Shown piece after piece: positions 10,701 through 19,036 of a stretch of DNA of 33,613 nucleotides. Position 1 is the first letter of the stretch. Every line of letters begins with the position of its first letter. Both the position numbers and the translations under genes were made by a program. The DNA lies in contig JAYTAM010000255.1 of the NCBI GenBank assembly GCA_043737505.1, positions 1 through 33,613 on the forward strand, read 5' to 3'. The notes under the pieces are model-generated. The model saw nothing but the letters and a program-made list of their open reading frames with translations. It was not told where the DNA came from and did no database searches. This DNA comes from Thermoanaerobaculia bacterium. GTDB lineage: Bacteria > Acidobacteriota > Thermoanaerobaculia > Multivoradales > JAGPDF01.

Positions 10701-12230
10701 TTCTATCCGCCGATCGCGCTCGCCGAAGTCGTCGCGCTGTGGGGCGGCCCGGCAGCCGGCGCACCGGCGGCTCTCGCCGAGCTCGAGGCGGCCGAGCGGG
10801 TGGTTATCGGCGAGCTCCTGACGCCGACTCTCGAGAGCGGGCCCGACTCCGGCCGGCAGGTGGCGAGCGTCGCGGTCGTCGAGACCCTGTTGCGCTGGCG
10901 GCGCGCGGCGGCGCGCCCGGCTTTCGAGCCGCTCGCGATCACCGAGCTGCCGCTCTTCCTCGCCACCTGGCAAGGGCTCACCGCCCGCAGCAGCGGAGGT
11001 GAGGGTCTGCAGGCGGCTCTCGAGCGCCTTTTCGGATGGCCGGCGCCGGCTGGACTATGGGAGAGCGACCTTCTGCCGGCGCGCCTCGAACCGTACTTCC
11101 CGGCCTGGCTGGACAGCCTGTTCGAGGAGAGTGAGCTGGTCTGGTTCGGCGCCGGGCGGGAGCGTCTGGCCCTGGCTTTTCGCCCCGATCTCGATCTCTT
11201 CCTGGCGCCGGCAGAAACCAGCGGCGAAGGCGAGCTGGAGCCTCTCCAACGGCAGGTGCTCGAGCTGCTGCAGCGCACTCCCCGCGGCGCCGAGGCGGGG
11301 GAGCTCGCCGACCAGACGGGTCTGCCGCTTGCGGCCACGACCGCGGCGCTCTGGGCCCTCGCCTGGCGCGGTGAGGTGACGTGTAGCGCGCCACGGGTCC
11401 TCCGGCAGGGGATCCGGAACGGTTTCAAGGTCGAGGAGGTTCCGCACGCGTCCGAACCTGGGGCCGGCGGCGGTGGAGCGCGCAGCGGCCGGCGGGGACT
11501 CTTCAGGCGCTGGCAGGGGAGTCAACCGCTCGCCGGGCGGTGGCGCGCTCTCATCCCGGAGATAGACCCGGACGGCGAAAGAGCGGCCACGGATCCGATG
11601 GTCGAGGACGAGCGCCACCGGGAGCGTGCACGATTGCTGCTCGACCGCTACGGGGTGGTCTTTCGCGAGCTCCTCGCGGCGGAGCTCCCGGCGCTCGCAT
11701 GGGGCCGGGTCTCGCGCGCTCTCCGCAGTCTCGAGCTCTCGGGCGAGATCGTCGCCGGACGCTTCTTCGACGGCGCGCCCGGCCTGCAGTTCGCGCTGCC
11801 TTCGGCGCTGCGAGAGCTGCGCGAGGGGCTGCCGGCAGCGGCTCTGTGGTGGTGCTCGGCGCTCGATCCGGCGTCTCCCTGCGGCCTCGACCTGCCGGCG
11901 TTCCGCAGTGTGCTGCCGCGGCGCACGGTGTCGACGCGCCTCGCGTGGCGCGGCAGCCGCCTGTGCGCCGTCTTCGCCCGCGGCGGGCGCGAGATCCAGT
12001 TCTCCCTTCCGCCTGGCGATCCCGCCCTGCCGGCGCTGCTCGAACCGCTGCGCGCGATGCTCACCCGCGCGGTCGACCCCGAGCGCGCCGTCGACGTCGA
12101 AAGGATCAACGACGAGCCGGCCGCGACGAGCCCGTACTTCCCCGTGTTCAACGCCTTCGACTGCACCCGCGACGGCGGCGTGCTGCGCCTGCGGCGGAGG
12201 TACGCCAGCCGCGACGCCGGCGACCGCTGA
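7701..12230 (+). CDS. lhr: ATP-dependent helicase Lhr (large helicase-related protein), full length with C-terminal domain
   Basis: The N-terminus FDPRIRTWFERRFGTPTEVQ is typical of Lhr. Walker A is TAPTGSGKT and motif II is VILDEIHAV. At 1509 aa it is comparable to full-length Lhr (helicase core plus CTD). The start is GTG. Confidence 0.9.
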   Translation: MSLDRFDPRIRTWFERRFGTPTEVQRLAWGPIADGANVLLTAPTGSGKTLTAFLWALQQLATGAWEEGSTRVLYVSPLKALNADIERNLAEPLAGIAATFAASGSELPRIRVAMRSGDTPSAERQKIVRQRPEILITTPESLNLLVNSKAGPALFAGLRTVILDEIHAVAATKRGTHLITAVDRLVLFAGEFQRIALSATARPLTRVASWVGGYRLERGADDHPLYVRRPMVIVESRQPKRYDVEVRLPPALAAVPGEDREGEPLWNIVAADLREQILKARSTLVFTNSRRLSEKLTRLINDGGPREIAWSHHGSLSRELRSAIEKRLKAGELPSLVATSSLELGIDIGALDQVLLVQSPRSLASAAQRVGRAGHGVGEVSRARIYPTHLRDFLECAVAARAVLDGEIEPIQPVRAPLDLIAQWIVGMVAHERWRADDLYNALRASDPYHELPRRQFDLVVEMLAGRYADARIAELRPRIAFDRLDGTIAARPGAARLVAQSGGTIPDRGYFQLRIEESNARLGELDEEFVWERSLGDTFLLGTQSWRIHRITSNEVFVSPARGGAMLAPFWRADARDRGAVFSERIGQLLEWADSEIEQPDFAAVLAERHVLDAVAAGELTRLLREARGALGGVLPHRHRLIFEESPERLGARSGAAGGVGGVDAGRRQVVLYTFWGGTLNRPLALALAAAWEEAEHSSIETLADDDAVLLILPPGADARALFARILPERLEALLRARLESSGFFGAQFRQNAQRALLLPRAGPQRRTPLWVSRENAKKLLEAVARYDDFPVTVETWRSSLHDEFDLENLRLRLEEVERGEVEVRSVRSERPSPLAAGLVWRRTNELMYEDDVPGARRGASVRGDLLREVALGGDRPRIDRALSEELRRKLHRLLPGYPPQSASELLEWVKERLFLPQAEWRELLAAIDRDRPASSAGMLAELAAAGKLATLALGVGGNDGNDRNDRNDGIVASEDLPRLARRSDGSAALAKLLLEWLRFYPPIALAEVVALWGGPAAGAPAALAELEAAERVVIGELLTPTLESGPDSGRQVASVAVVETLLRWRRAAARPAFEPLAITELPLFLATWQGLTARSSGGEGLQAALERLFGWPAPAGLWESDLLPARLEPYFPAWLDSLFEESELVWFGAGRERLALAFRPDLDLFLAPAETSGEGELEPLQRQVLELLQRTPRGAEAGELADQTGLPLAATTAALWALAWRGEVTCSAPRVLRQGIRNGFKVEEVPHASEPGAGGGGARSGRRGLFRRWQGSQPLAGRWRALIPEIDPDGERAATDPMVEDERHRERARLLLDRYGVVFRELLAAELPALAWGRVSRALRSLELSGEIVAGRFFDGAPGLQFALPSALRELREGLPAAALWWCSALDPASPCGLDLPAFRSVLPRRTVSTRLAWRGSRLCAVFARGGREIQFSLPPGDPALPALLEPLRAMLTRAVDPERAVDVERINDEPAATSPYFPVFNAFDCTRDGGVLRLRRRYASRDAGDR
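10575..10610 (+). repeat. 9-bp tandem repeat x4 (gggaacgac gggaacgac aggaacgac aggaacgat), in frame in lhr
   Basis: Read directly from the sequence. It encodes GNDGNDRNDRND within ...LALGVGGNDGNDRNDRNDGIVASEDL... Confidence 0.9.
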
Positions 12231-12292
12231 GCGCGGTGTCGTCGGGCCACGCTCCCCTCTGCGCGCGCCCGCTTGTTGCTAGGATCGAGTCC

Positions 12293-12814
12293 ATGACCCG
12301 AACTCATCGCCTCCTCCTCGGCTGGACTCTGCTTTCCTTCGGACTCACCCTGCCCGCCACGGCTGGCGAGCATCGGATCGGTGCCGGACTCCACTACTGG
12401 CAGAGCATCGATCAGATCAGCGACGACTTTCCGGACGTCGGCATCGCGGACGATGGCCTGTCGCAGGTCGTTTCCTACCAGTACCTCGCGGGCTTCATCC
12501 GCTTCGAGGCGGCAGCCGAGTACTTCAGCGACGGTTTCCAGGGCTCGACAGACTGGGCGGTGGCGCCGCAGGTCTATATTCTCGCGGGCAGGGGCATCTA
12601 CGGCGGAGTGGGTGTCGGCGCGACCTATTCCGATGCCGGATTCAACGGCTGGTCGGAGCCGTTCTTCATCGGCAGGGCGGGCTTCGACTTCCTGATCCTG
12701 CCGAAGCTGCACCTCGACATCCACGCCGACTACCGCTTCGTCGACTGGGAAGAGCTCGAAAACTACGACAGCGACACCATCACCCTCGGCGCGACCCTTC
12801 GCGTCGGATTCTGA
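12293..12814 (+). CDS. Small outer-membrane beta-barrel protein (8-strand class), hypothetical
   Basis: There is a signal peptide (MTRTHRLLLGWTLLSFGLTLPATAGE). The sequence has alternating aromatic/Gly-rich beta-strand pattern and ends in ...GATLRVGF, a C-terminal Phe typical of OMPs. The N-terminal part of track ORF 11540..12814 is an alternative frame of lhr and is rejected. Confidence 0.65.
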   Translation: MTRTHRLLLGWTLLSFGLTLPATAGEHRIGAGLHYWQSIDQISDDFPDVGIADDGLSQVVSYQYLAGFIRFEAAAEYFSDGFQGSTDWAVAPQVYILAGRGIYGGVGVGATYSDAGFNGWSEPFFIGRAGFDFLILPKLHLDIHADYRFVDWEELENYDSDTITLGATLRVGF

Positions 12815-12826
12815 GAAAGGGCAATC

Positions 12827-13255
12827 ATGGCTATTCGCAAGGCGAACGCCGTCTGGAACGGCGGACTGCAGGACGGCAACGGTACGATCAAGCTCGGCAG
12901 TGGAGCGTTCGAGGGGCAGTATTCCTTCTCGTCGCGTTTCGAGGAGGGGACCGGTACCAATCCCGAGGAGCTTCTTGGAGCAGCCCATGCCGGCTGCTTC
13001 TCGATGGCGCTCGCCGCCGGCCTCGGCCGGGCCGGTTTTTCGCCGAAGCGCGTCGCGAGCGAAGCGCGTGTCCAGATGTTGAAGAACGAGGCCGGTCTCG
13101 CCATCACCCGCATCGAGCTCGACTGCGAGGCTGAGGTCCCCGGGATCGACGCCGCGGCCTTCGCCCAGCAGGCCGAGGGCGCCAAGGCGAACTGCATTAT
13201 CTCGAAGGCGCTGTCGTCGAACATCGAGATCGTTCTCAGCGCGAAGCTCGTCTGA
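12827..13255 (+). CDS. osmC: OsmC family peroxiredoxin
   Basis: The N-terminus ANAVWNGGLQDGNGTI is typical of OsmC. Both conserved Cys are present (HAGCFSMAL and AKANCIISKAL). It is 142 aa. GAAAGGG lies upstream of the ATG. Confidence 0.9.
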   Translation: MAIRKANAVWNGGLQDGNGTIKLGSGAFEGQYSFSSRFEEGTGTNPEELLGAAHAGCFSMALAAGLGRAGFSPKRVASEARVQMLKNEAGLAITRIELDCEAEVPGIDAAAFAQQAEGAKANCIISKALSSNIEIVLSAKLV

Positions 13256-13262
13256 TCCGATC

Positions 13263-13772
13263 GTGAGGCCGGGGCTCCTTCGGCTGCTGGCGCTCGTCGC
13301 TCTGGCGGCGGCGATCGCCGCGCTCGCCCTCTGGTGGACGAGTGACCGCCGCCGGGTTCTGGCGCAGTTCGAGGCGCTGCAGAGTGCCATCGAGAAGGAC
13401 AGCGGCGAAGGGACCCTGGACCGCGTCTCGCATGCGCGGGCGATCTCGGAGCTCTTCGCCGAGGGCTTCGTGATTTTCGCCGAGCCCTACGAAGGCACGA
13501 TCGAGGACCGGCAGCAGCTCATGGCGATCGTCGACCGCTATCGCGAGAGTGCCCAGACGATCGCCGTCTCCGATTCCGCAGTGGAGGTGGAGCTGCGCCC
13601 GAACGAAACCGCCGACCTCCGGGCGGTCGTCGAGGCCGTCGGCCTGCGCCCGGGCGGTCCGGGGCGGGAGCGACTGCGCCTACGGATCGCCTGGCGCAAG
13701 GACGAGGGCACGTGGAGGATTCAGGAGCTCGAAGTGCTCGAAGTCCTGGACAGCTCCGGACTGTTCTTCTGA
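13263..13772 (+). CDS. Hypothetical membrane-anchored protein (possibly NTF2/SnoaL-like fold)
   Basis: The start is GTG. An N-terminal hydrophobic anchor (LLRLLALVALAAAIAALALWW) is followed by about 140 aa of soluble sequence. The fold assignment is a weak impression only. Confidence 0.5.
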   Translation: MRPGLLRLLALVALAAAIAALALWWTSDRRRVLAQFEALQSAIEKDSGEGTLDRVSHARAISELFAEGFVIFAEPYEGTIEDRQQLMAIVDRYRESAQTIAVSDSAVEVELRPNETADLRAVVEAVGLRPGGPGRERLRLRIAWRKDEGTWRIQELEVLEVLDSSGLFF

Positions 13773-13785
13773 GTTCGGGGCACCT

Positions 13786-13830
13786 GAGCAATCCGAGCAA
13801 TCCGAGCGATCCGAGCGATCCGAGCGATCA
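13786..13830. repeat. Intergenic 9-bp tandem repeat x5 (gagcaatcc x2, gagcgatcc x2, gagcgatca)
   Basis: Read directly from the sequence. It occupies most of the 64-nt gap between the convergent stops at 13772 (+) and 13837 (-). The last three units each contain GATC. Confidence 0.9.
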
Positions 13831-13836
13831 GCGCCA

Positions 13837-14313
13837 TCAGAGCCACCAGGCGAGGGCGAAGATGCCGACCATCAGGCAGAGCAGGGCGAGCTTCGCCACC
13901 GCAGCGACGAGCATGCCGAGCCAGGTCGCGAAGCCGACCTTTCCCGCCTGACGGAGATCGCGCCGGGCGTACCACTCGCCGGCGAGCGCGCCGACGAACG
14001 GTCCGAGGACGAGCCCCGGCAGCCCGAAGGCGAGGCCGACCAGCGAGCCCAGGATCGCCCCAACAATCGCCAGCTTGCTCGCGCCGGCGCGCTTGGCGCC
14101 GAGGGCGGTGGCCGCGAAATCGATGCCGAAGGAGACACAGGCGAGCAGGAAGAGCAGCGAGAGGGTCACCCAGCCCACGCGCTCGAAGTCGTCCGCGGCG
14201 GCTCCGGCGACCAGCCCCAGGAAGACCAGCGATGGGCCGGGAATTGCCGGCAGCACCGCGCCGGCGAAGCCGATCGCCACGCAAAGCGCGCAGACCAACC
14301 AGAGCGGGCTCAT
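13837..14313 (-). CDS. DUF456-like small integral membrane protein
   Basis: ATG 14313 overlaps the GH38 stop (ATGA). The protein is 158 aa with four to five hydrophobic Gly-rich helices (MSPLWLVCALCVAIGFAGAVLPAIPG..., GLPGLVLGPFVGALAGEW), resembling DUF456 proteins. The rest of track ORF 13837..15597 is an alternative frame of the GH38 gene and is rejected. Confidence 0.6.
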   Translation of the reverse strand: MSPLWLVCALCVAIGFAGAVLPAIPGPSLVFLGLVAGAAADDFERVGWVTLSLLFLLACVSFGIDFAATALGAKRAGASKLAIVGAILGSLVGLAFGLPGLVLGPFVGALAGEWYARRDLRQAGKVGFATWLGMLVAAVAKLALLCLMVGIFALAWWL

Positions 14314-17300
14314 CGCGGTTCTCCCAGCCCGAGCCCGAGTGCTGGCGCGGCCGCGGAAGGGGAGTCGCTGAGCGTCGCCGCGAGGACGAAGAGTCTTCTC
14401 GCCTGCGGCAGGACGATCTGCGAACCCGCCGCAGAGACGGGAAGCTCGAGGCCGAAGAACAGAACGGACGCACACGGATCGATCGCGCCGCGACGATCGT
14501 GGCGATGCGGCACCGCGAGGGCGACCGGCGCGCTGCGCAGGAAGCCCGGCACGACCCGGCCGTTGGGCCGGCCGAAGAGCCCGCGCTCGAGCTCGTCGAA
14601 ACGCCCGAGCGGCGCGAAGCCGCAGGCCACCCGCCGCAGAGCGCCAACCCCATCGATCAGGAACTCCGCCTCGAGCTCGCCGGGAAACGCCGCAGCCAGA
14701 ATCACGAGGCGAGAATAGCCGCGCGGAGTCGACAGACGCTGGCCCTCGCAGCGAACGACGGACGGCATGCCGGGTCGAAAGGCGTGGCTCAGGTCGAGCT
14801 CGACTCCGGCGCGACAGAGCGTGCGCGGCAGGAGCTGGCGTGGAACGGTACGCCCCCTGCCATCGAGCCCGCCATCGCGGGTGCGCTCGCCGCGCGACGT
14901 GACGCCGGTGCTGTTCCAGGGCAGAGCCAGCGCCAGCGTCCGGGGCTGGCGAGGCGAAATGACCGGTAAAGGAGAATCGAAGGTCAGAGCGTGAGCCGCG
15001 AGTCCGAAGCGGCGCAGGGGCACCGACACGGCGCACTTCTCCCTTACCGGAGCTTTTCGCGCCCCGCTTGCCGGCGTTGCTTCGTCCGCTGGCGGTCTCT
15101 CGCAGCCGTCGATCTGCCGCTGCGTTACGAGCGGAAGGTGCGTGCGAATGCCGACACTGCGGCCTTCGCCGCAGGTCTCGCGCAGGCGCAGGATGATCTC
15201 GTCTCCGTCTTCGGCGAGCTTCATCGCCTGGATCGCGGCCTCGTCCCGGTCGAGAGAGAGAAACGAGAGGCTCTTCGGCCGCGGTGGCGCGCCTGACTCC
15301 GCCGGCGGAGGCGCGCCTGCCGGTGGCAGGAAGGCGCGCAGCGGCTGGTTGATCCGCTCGGCCAAGCGTATTGTGCCGGCGAGCGAGTCGCCGGCGCGGA
15401 TCGGCGCGATCGCCACCCGCACCCGATGCTGGCCGAAGTCCTGCTTCTGCTGATAGCGAAAGCGGCGGCCGATGCGCGGGGTGTGCAGGAGGGTGAGCCG
15501 CAGGGTGCGCGCATCGGGATGGTCCCAGCCGTACTTGCAGTCGTTGGCGATCGCCGCGCCGGCGCCAGTACCTCGATCTTCGCGCAAGGCAGCCCATTGG
15601 TGCGCCGGAACCTCGTAGAGCTCGGCGGTGGACACCGGTCGTCGTGCGACGCCGACGCCCTGGTCGTAGATCGCCTGTTCCGCCGGAGTCGAGAGCGGGA
15701 AGACCATCTTGAGGAGCGCGCCGTCGCTCTGCCAGCGAATCGACGTATCGATGGTGACGTGGTCGCCGGCGCCAGCTGTGGAGAGCGCGATCGTCTGGGT
15801 GAAGCTCGAGCCCTCGGCCGAGCGCTCGAGGGTGAGCGCGACGCGCGCGGGACCACGCTCGAGGAGAACGGTCCGCACCGGACCGGCGACCCGCGTGCGC
15901 GCGGGACGTGCGGTGTCCTCGTAGCGGATCTCCCAGGAAGGAAAGCGGTCGGAGAAGTTGTCGAGGATCTCGAGTCCGATCGGCGCGGCCAGGAGCTCTC
16001 TTCGATCCAGCTTGTCGAAGATTCTGGAGATGTCGCCTTGGGCGTCGATTTCGACTCTGAGGCGGCTGTTCTCCAGGAAGGAAGAGTCGGCCGAGAGATC
16101 TGTTGAGGGTTCACCGGCCGTCGCCGGTCTCGGCTGCGGTTTCAGGGTGAGGCGCGAAAAGCTCAGCGAAGGAAAGCTGCTGAAGAAGCGTCCGCTCCAC
16201 GTTCCCGCCTGTTCGTGCCACTGGGAGGGCAGCTCTGCGCCATCGGGAGCGAACACGGCCCAGGGGCCGGAAAGGGCAGCGCCAGGCGGAAGCCGGACTT
16301 CCACCAGGTCGTTGCGCTCCCAGCCCAATGCGTTGAAGACGACGAGCGCCGTCTCGTCGGCGTCGGCGTCGGCGTCGAGGGCGGTGGCCACGGCGCCGGC
16401 CGCCTCTTCCAGCTCCTGCTGGAGCTCGTTCATCGACAACGCGAGATCGGCGGCGGAGTAGCGGTAGGCCTCGACCAGACTGGTGCCGGTCAGGTCGTCG
16501 TGCATTTCGTGAGCGAGAATCCGCAGCCAAGCCTCGCGGATGCGCTCACGGTCGGCGCGCCGCAGGCCGAGGCTCTGGGCGATCGCGGCCGCGCGCTCCG
16601 CGGCGTGCGCGAGCTGTTCGGCCTGCCGGTGCCAGAGCTTGAGCTGCGAGCGGGAGCTGTAGCAACCGGTAGCGTGGAGGCGCAGCAGGAGCTCGCCGTC
16701 GTAGACCGGCAGCCGGGCCCGGGTCGCCGCATCGAGGTCGCGAAAGATCTCTTCCGAGTCGGCCAGCCGGACTTCGATCGGCCCGCCGCTGGCGCGCGCC
16801 CTTTCGAGCCATTCGAGGGTCGCGCGGGGGAGGGCGCCGCCCTTGTCGCCGAGGCCTTGATAGGTCATCAGACGCGCCGGCCGGCCGTCGCGCGCGAGCG
16901 ACCGGAAGCGCTCGATCCAGGTCGGATCCGAAGCCAGATCGGAAGTGGCCTGGGCGCCGTACTCCCCGGGGTCGAGGACGGCTGCGAGCGTCGCACCGTC
17001 CGGGCCGACCCAGAGGCCGAAAGGAAAAGGGACCCCGAAAGCCGAGCGCATCTCGGCGCCGCGGCGCAGCTTTTGAGTGGAGAAGCCGAGGATTCCGCAG
17101 TGCGCCGCGAGCGTCGGCAGGGCCTGCGAGAAGCCGAAGCAGTCGGGCAGGAAGAGGTCCCGACCGGCCTTGCCGACGCTGGCCTCGAAATGGCGCGTGC
17201 CGTAGAGAATCTGCCGGACGATCGACTCCGGCGCCGGCAGGTTGGTGTCGAACGCCTCCCAGGCGGCGCCGGAGGGGAACCAGCGCCCTTCTCCGACTCG

Positions 17301-17561
17301 GGCCCGCACCCTGGCGAAGAGCTCCGGGTGACACTCTTCGAGCAGGCGGTAGCGTGCGGCACCCTCGAAATTCAGCCGGTAGTTGGGGAAGCGAAGGAAC
17401 CGGTCCTCGTTCTCGCGTGCGGTGCGCGGCAGAAATGCCGCCGCGGTGTCACGCACCGTCCACCGCCACTGCGTGTCGAGATGCGCGAGAGCGACGACGT
17501 AGAGGCGCGGCCGGGCATCGTCGTCGGGCGGACGGGGGGGCGCAGATTTCTCGGCAGACAC
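14310..17561 (-). CDS. Glycoside hydrolase family 38 alpha-mannosidase (no signal peptide)
   Basis: The GH38 N-terminal metal-site motif is present (VVALAHLDTQWRW). The nucleophile region is FLPDCFGFSQALP. Size is 1083 aa. The start is GTG 17561. Confidence 0.9.
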   Translation of the reverse strand: MSAEKSAPPRPPDDDARPRLYVVALAHLDTQWRWTVRDTAAAFLPRTARENEDRFLRFPNYRLNFEGAARYRLLEECHPELFARVRARVGEGRWFPSGAAWEAFDTNLPAPESIVRQILYGTRHFEASVGKAGRDLFLPDCFGFSQALPTLAAHCGILGFSTQKLRRGAEMRSAFGVPFPFGLWVGPDGATLAAVLDPGEYGAQATSDLASDPTWIERFRSLARDGRPARLMTYQGLGDKGGALPRATLEWLERARASGGPIEVRLADSEEIFRDLDAATRARLPVYDGELLLRLHATGCYSSRSQLKLWHRQAEQLAHAAERAAAIAQSLGLRRADRERIREAWLRILAHEMHDDLTGTSLVEAYRYSAADLALSMNELQQELEEAAGAVATALDADADADETALVVFNALGWERNDLVEVRLPPGAALSGPWAVFAPDGAELPSQWHEQAGTWSGRFFSSFPSLSFSRLTLKPQPRPATAGEPSTDLSADSSFLENSRLRVEIDAQGDISRIFDKLDRRELLAAPIGLEILDNFSDRFPSWEIRYEDTARPARTRVAGPVRTVLLERGPARVALTLERSAEGSSFTQTIALSTAGAGDHVTIDTSIRWQSDGALLKMVFPLSTPAEQAIYDQGVGVARRPVSTAELYEVPAHQWAALREDRGTGAGAAIANDCKYGWDHPDARTLRLTLLHTPRIGRRFRYQQKQDFGQHRVRVAIAPIRAGDSLAGTIRLAERINQPLRAFLPPAGAPPPAESGAPPRPKSLSFLSLDRDEAAIQAMKLAEDGDEIILRLRETCGEGRSVGIRTHLPLVTQRQIDGCERPPADEATPASGARKAPVREKCAVSVPLRRFGLAAHALTFDSPLPVISPRQPRTLALALPWNSTGVTSRGERTRDGGLDGRGRTVPRQLLPRTLCRAGVELDLSHAFRPGMPSVVRCEGQRLSTPRGYSRLVILAAAFPGELEAEFLIDGVGALRRVACGFAPLGRFDELERGLFGRPNGRVVPGFLRSAPVALAVPHRHDRRGAIDPCASVLFFGLELPVSAAGSQIVLPQARRLFVLAATLSDSPSAAAPALGLGLGEPR

Positions 17562-17610
17562 GCGAACCGGAGTCTATCGGCAGGAGGACTCAGGTCGTCT
17601 GCGGTGGGTC

Positions 17611-17616
17611 TATACT
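17611..17616 (+). promoter_or_regulatory. Candidate -10 hexamer TATACT upstream of the rhodanese gene
   Basis: The sequence gggtcTATACTccagg lies 22 nt upstream of ATG 17639, with GAAAGG (RBS-like) in between. The -35 is weak. Resemblance only. Confidence 0.25.
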
Positions 17617-17638
17617 CCAGGAACTCTGAAAGGTGCTC

Positions 17639-18502
17639 ATGACCGACCCGGCAGCGCGCGGTTACGCCCATCCTGAAGTCCTCGTCTCCACCCAGTGGGT
17701 CGCGACGCATCAGGAGGATCCTGGGATCCGTCTCGTCGAATCGAACGAGGATCCGCTGGTCTATCCCTCGGGACATCTCGCGGGGGCGGTCGAGATCGAC
17801 TGGGCGCGCGATCTGAACGACCCCTTGCGCCGCGACTATCTCGATCGCGCAGGCTTCGAAAGCCTGATGCGGCGCAACGGAATCGGCAACGACACCACCG
17901 TCGTCCTCTACGGCGACAAGAACAACTGGTGGTCCTGCTACGCCTTCTGGATCTTCCAGCTCTTCGGACACAAGAACGCCAGGGTAATGGACGGCGGGAG
18001 GCTGAAGTGGGCCGAGGAGGGACGCCCGCTGGTGCGCGAAGCTCCTGCCTGGCCGGAGTCCTCGTACGTCGCGCCGATGCGCGACGACTCGCGCATTCGG
18101 GCCTTCCGCGACGAAGTTTTCTCGCACGTGGCCGCCGGCGGGCCGCTCGTCGACGTACGGAGCCCCGAGGAGTTCACCGGCGAACGTCTGCATATGCCCG
18201 CCTATCCGAACGAGGGAGCGCTTCGAGGCGGACACATCCCGGGTGCGAAGAGTGTCCCGTGGGCGCGCGCGATCGTGCCGGAGAGCGGCGAGTTCCGCAC
18301 CGCCGCGGAGCTCGAGCAGATCTATTTCACCGAGCAGCGCCTGCCGCGGGAAGAAGAGATCGTCGCCTACTGCCGGATCGGCGAGCGCAGCAGCCACACC
18401 TGGTTCGTGCTCACCTATCTGCTGGGGCATCCGAAGGTGCGCAACTACGACGGCAGCTGGACCGAATGGGGCAATCTGGTGGGCGCACCGATTGAACGCT
18501 GA
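17639..18502 (+). CDS. Two-domain rhodanese: thiosulfate/3-mercaptopyruvate sulfurtransferase
   Basis: The active-site loop CRIGERSS lies in the C-terminal rhodanese domain. An inactive N-terminal rhodanese domain is present ([11 protein letters not shown]). GAAAGG lies 6 nt upstream of ATG 17639. GTG 17633 is an alternative start. Confidence 0.85.
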   Translation: MTDPAARGYAHPEVLVSTQWVATHQEDPGIRLVESNEDPLVYPSGHLAGAVEIDWARDLNDPLRRDYLDRAGFESLMRRNGIGNDTTVVLYGDKNNWWSCYAFWIFQLFGHKNARVMDGGRLKWAEEGRPLVREAPAWPESSYVAPMRDDSRIRAFRDEVFSHVAAGGPLVDVRSPEEFTGERLHMPAYPNEGALRGGHIPGAKSVPWARAIVPESGEFRTAAELEQIYFTEQRLPREEEIVAYCRIGERSSHTWFVLTYLLGHPKVRNYDGSWTEWGNLVGAPIER

Positions 18503-18998
18503 CGCCGGAGCGTCACGCGCGACCGCCGCTCTGCCCGATCTCGACGACGTGGCGACCCTGCTCGCCGCGCTCGACCGGAGCGGACGCATCGAAGCGCTGA
18601 TCGGTCTGGCCGAGGGCTATCGCGAGGTTCCCGGGCGTCTCGCCCGGCGGCCCTATCCCGAGGCGAATAAAGTGCCGGCCTGCGAGTCTCAGGCTTTCGT
18701 GTTCGCCGAGCCGCGGGCCGATGGAACGCTCGACTTTCATTTCGCGGTGGAGAATCCGCAGGGCATCTCGGCGAAGGCGCTGGCCGCGATCCTGGCGCGC
18801 ACCCTCTCCGGAGCCCCGCTCGCCGCCGTGGCGCGGCTGCCGGTGGAGGTCGTCGAAACACTCTTCGGACGCGAGCTCTCCCTGGGCAAGTCGCTGGGGC
18901 TCAGCGGGATGCTTCTCGCAGTTCAACGCGAAGCGCGTGAGCACCAGGGACGGACCTCCAGCGCGTCGCCGGCGCCGTCCGAGACGAAGCAGAGATGA
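18492..18998 (+). CDS. SufE-like sulfur acceptor protein
   Basis: The SufE-type N-terminus ([34 protein letters not shown]) and conserved Cys loop ([12 protein letters not shown]) are present. The only start upstream of the conserved LPD segment and within reach is TTG 18492, which overlaps the rhodanese 3' end by 11 nt. GTG 18549 would truncate the conserved N-terminus. Confidence 0.72.
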   Translation: MNADAGASRATAALPDLDDVATLLAALDRSGRIEALIGLAEGYREVPGRLARRPYPEANKVPACESQAFVFAEPRADGTLDFHFAVENPQGISAKALAAILARTLSGAPLAAVARLPVEVVETLFGRELSLGKSLGLSGMLLAVQREAREHQGRTSSASPAPSETKQR

Positions 18999-19036
18999 TC
19001 GATTGTCGGACTGTCTTTCTTCCCAAGGAGAAGCGG

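Noticed and set aside
7701-12230. Lhr as part of a phage-defence or mobile island.
   Set aside because: The neighbours are housekeeping or stress genes (SDR/MopB, OMP, OsmC). There are no nuclease, methylase, toxin or integrase partners. This matches ordinary chromosomal lhr.
13786-13830. Could the 9-bp tandem arrays (13786, 10575, 4307) be a CRISPR array or a mobile-element terminus?
   Set aside because: The units abut directly, with no spacers, and are far shorter than CRISPR repeats. There are no cas genes, transposase, integrase or flanking inverted repeats in the window.
16356-16377. 6-bp repeat gtcggc x3.7 inside the GH38 gene, encoding DADADAD.
   Set aside because: This is a short GC-rich low-complexity stretch of a kind common in such genomes. 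Nothing suggests a function.
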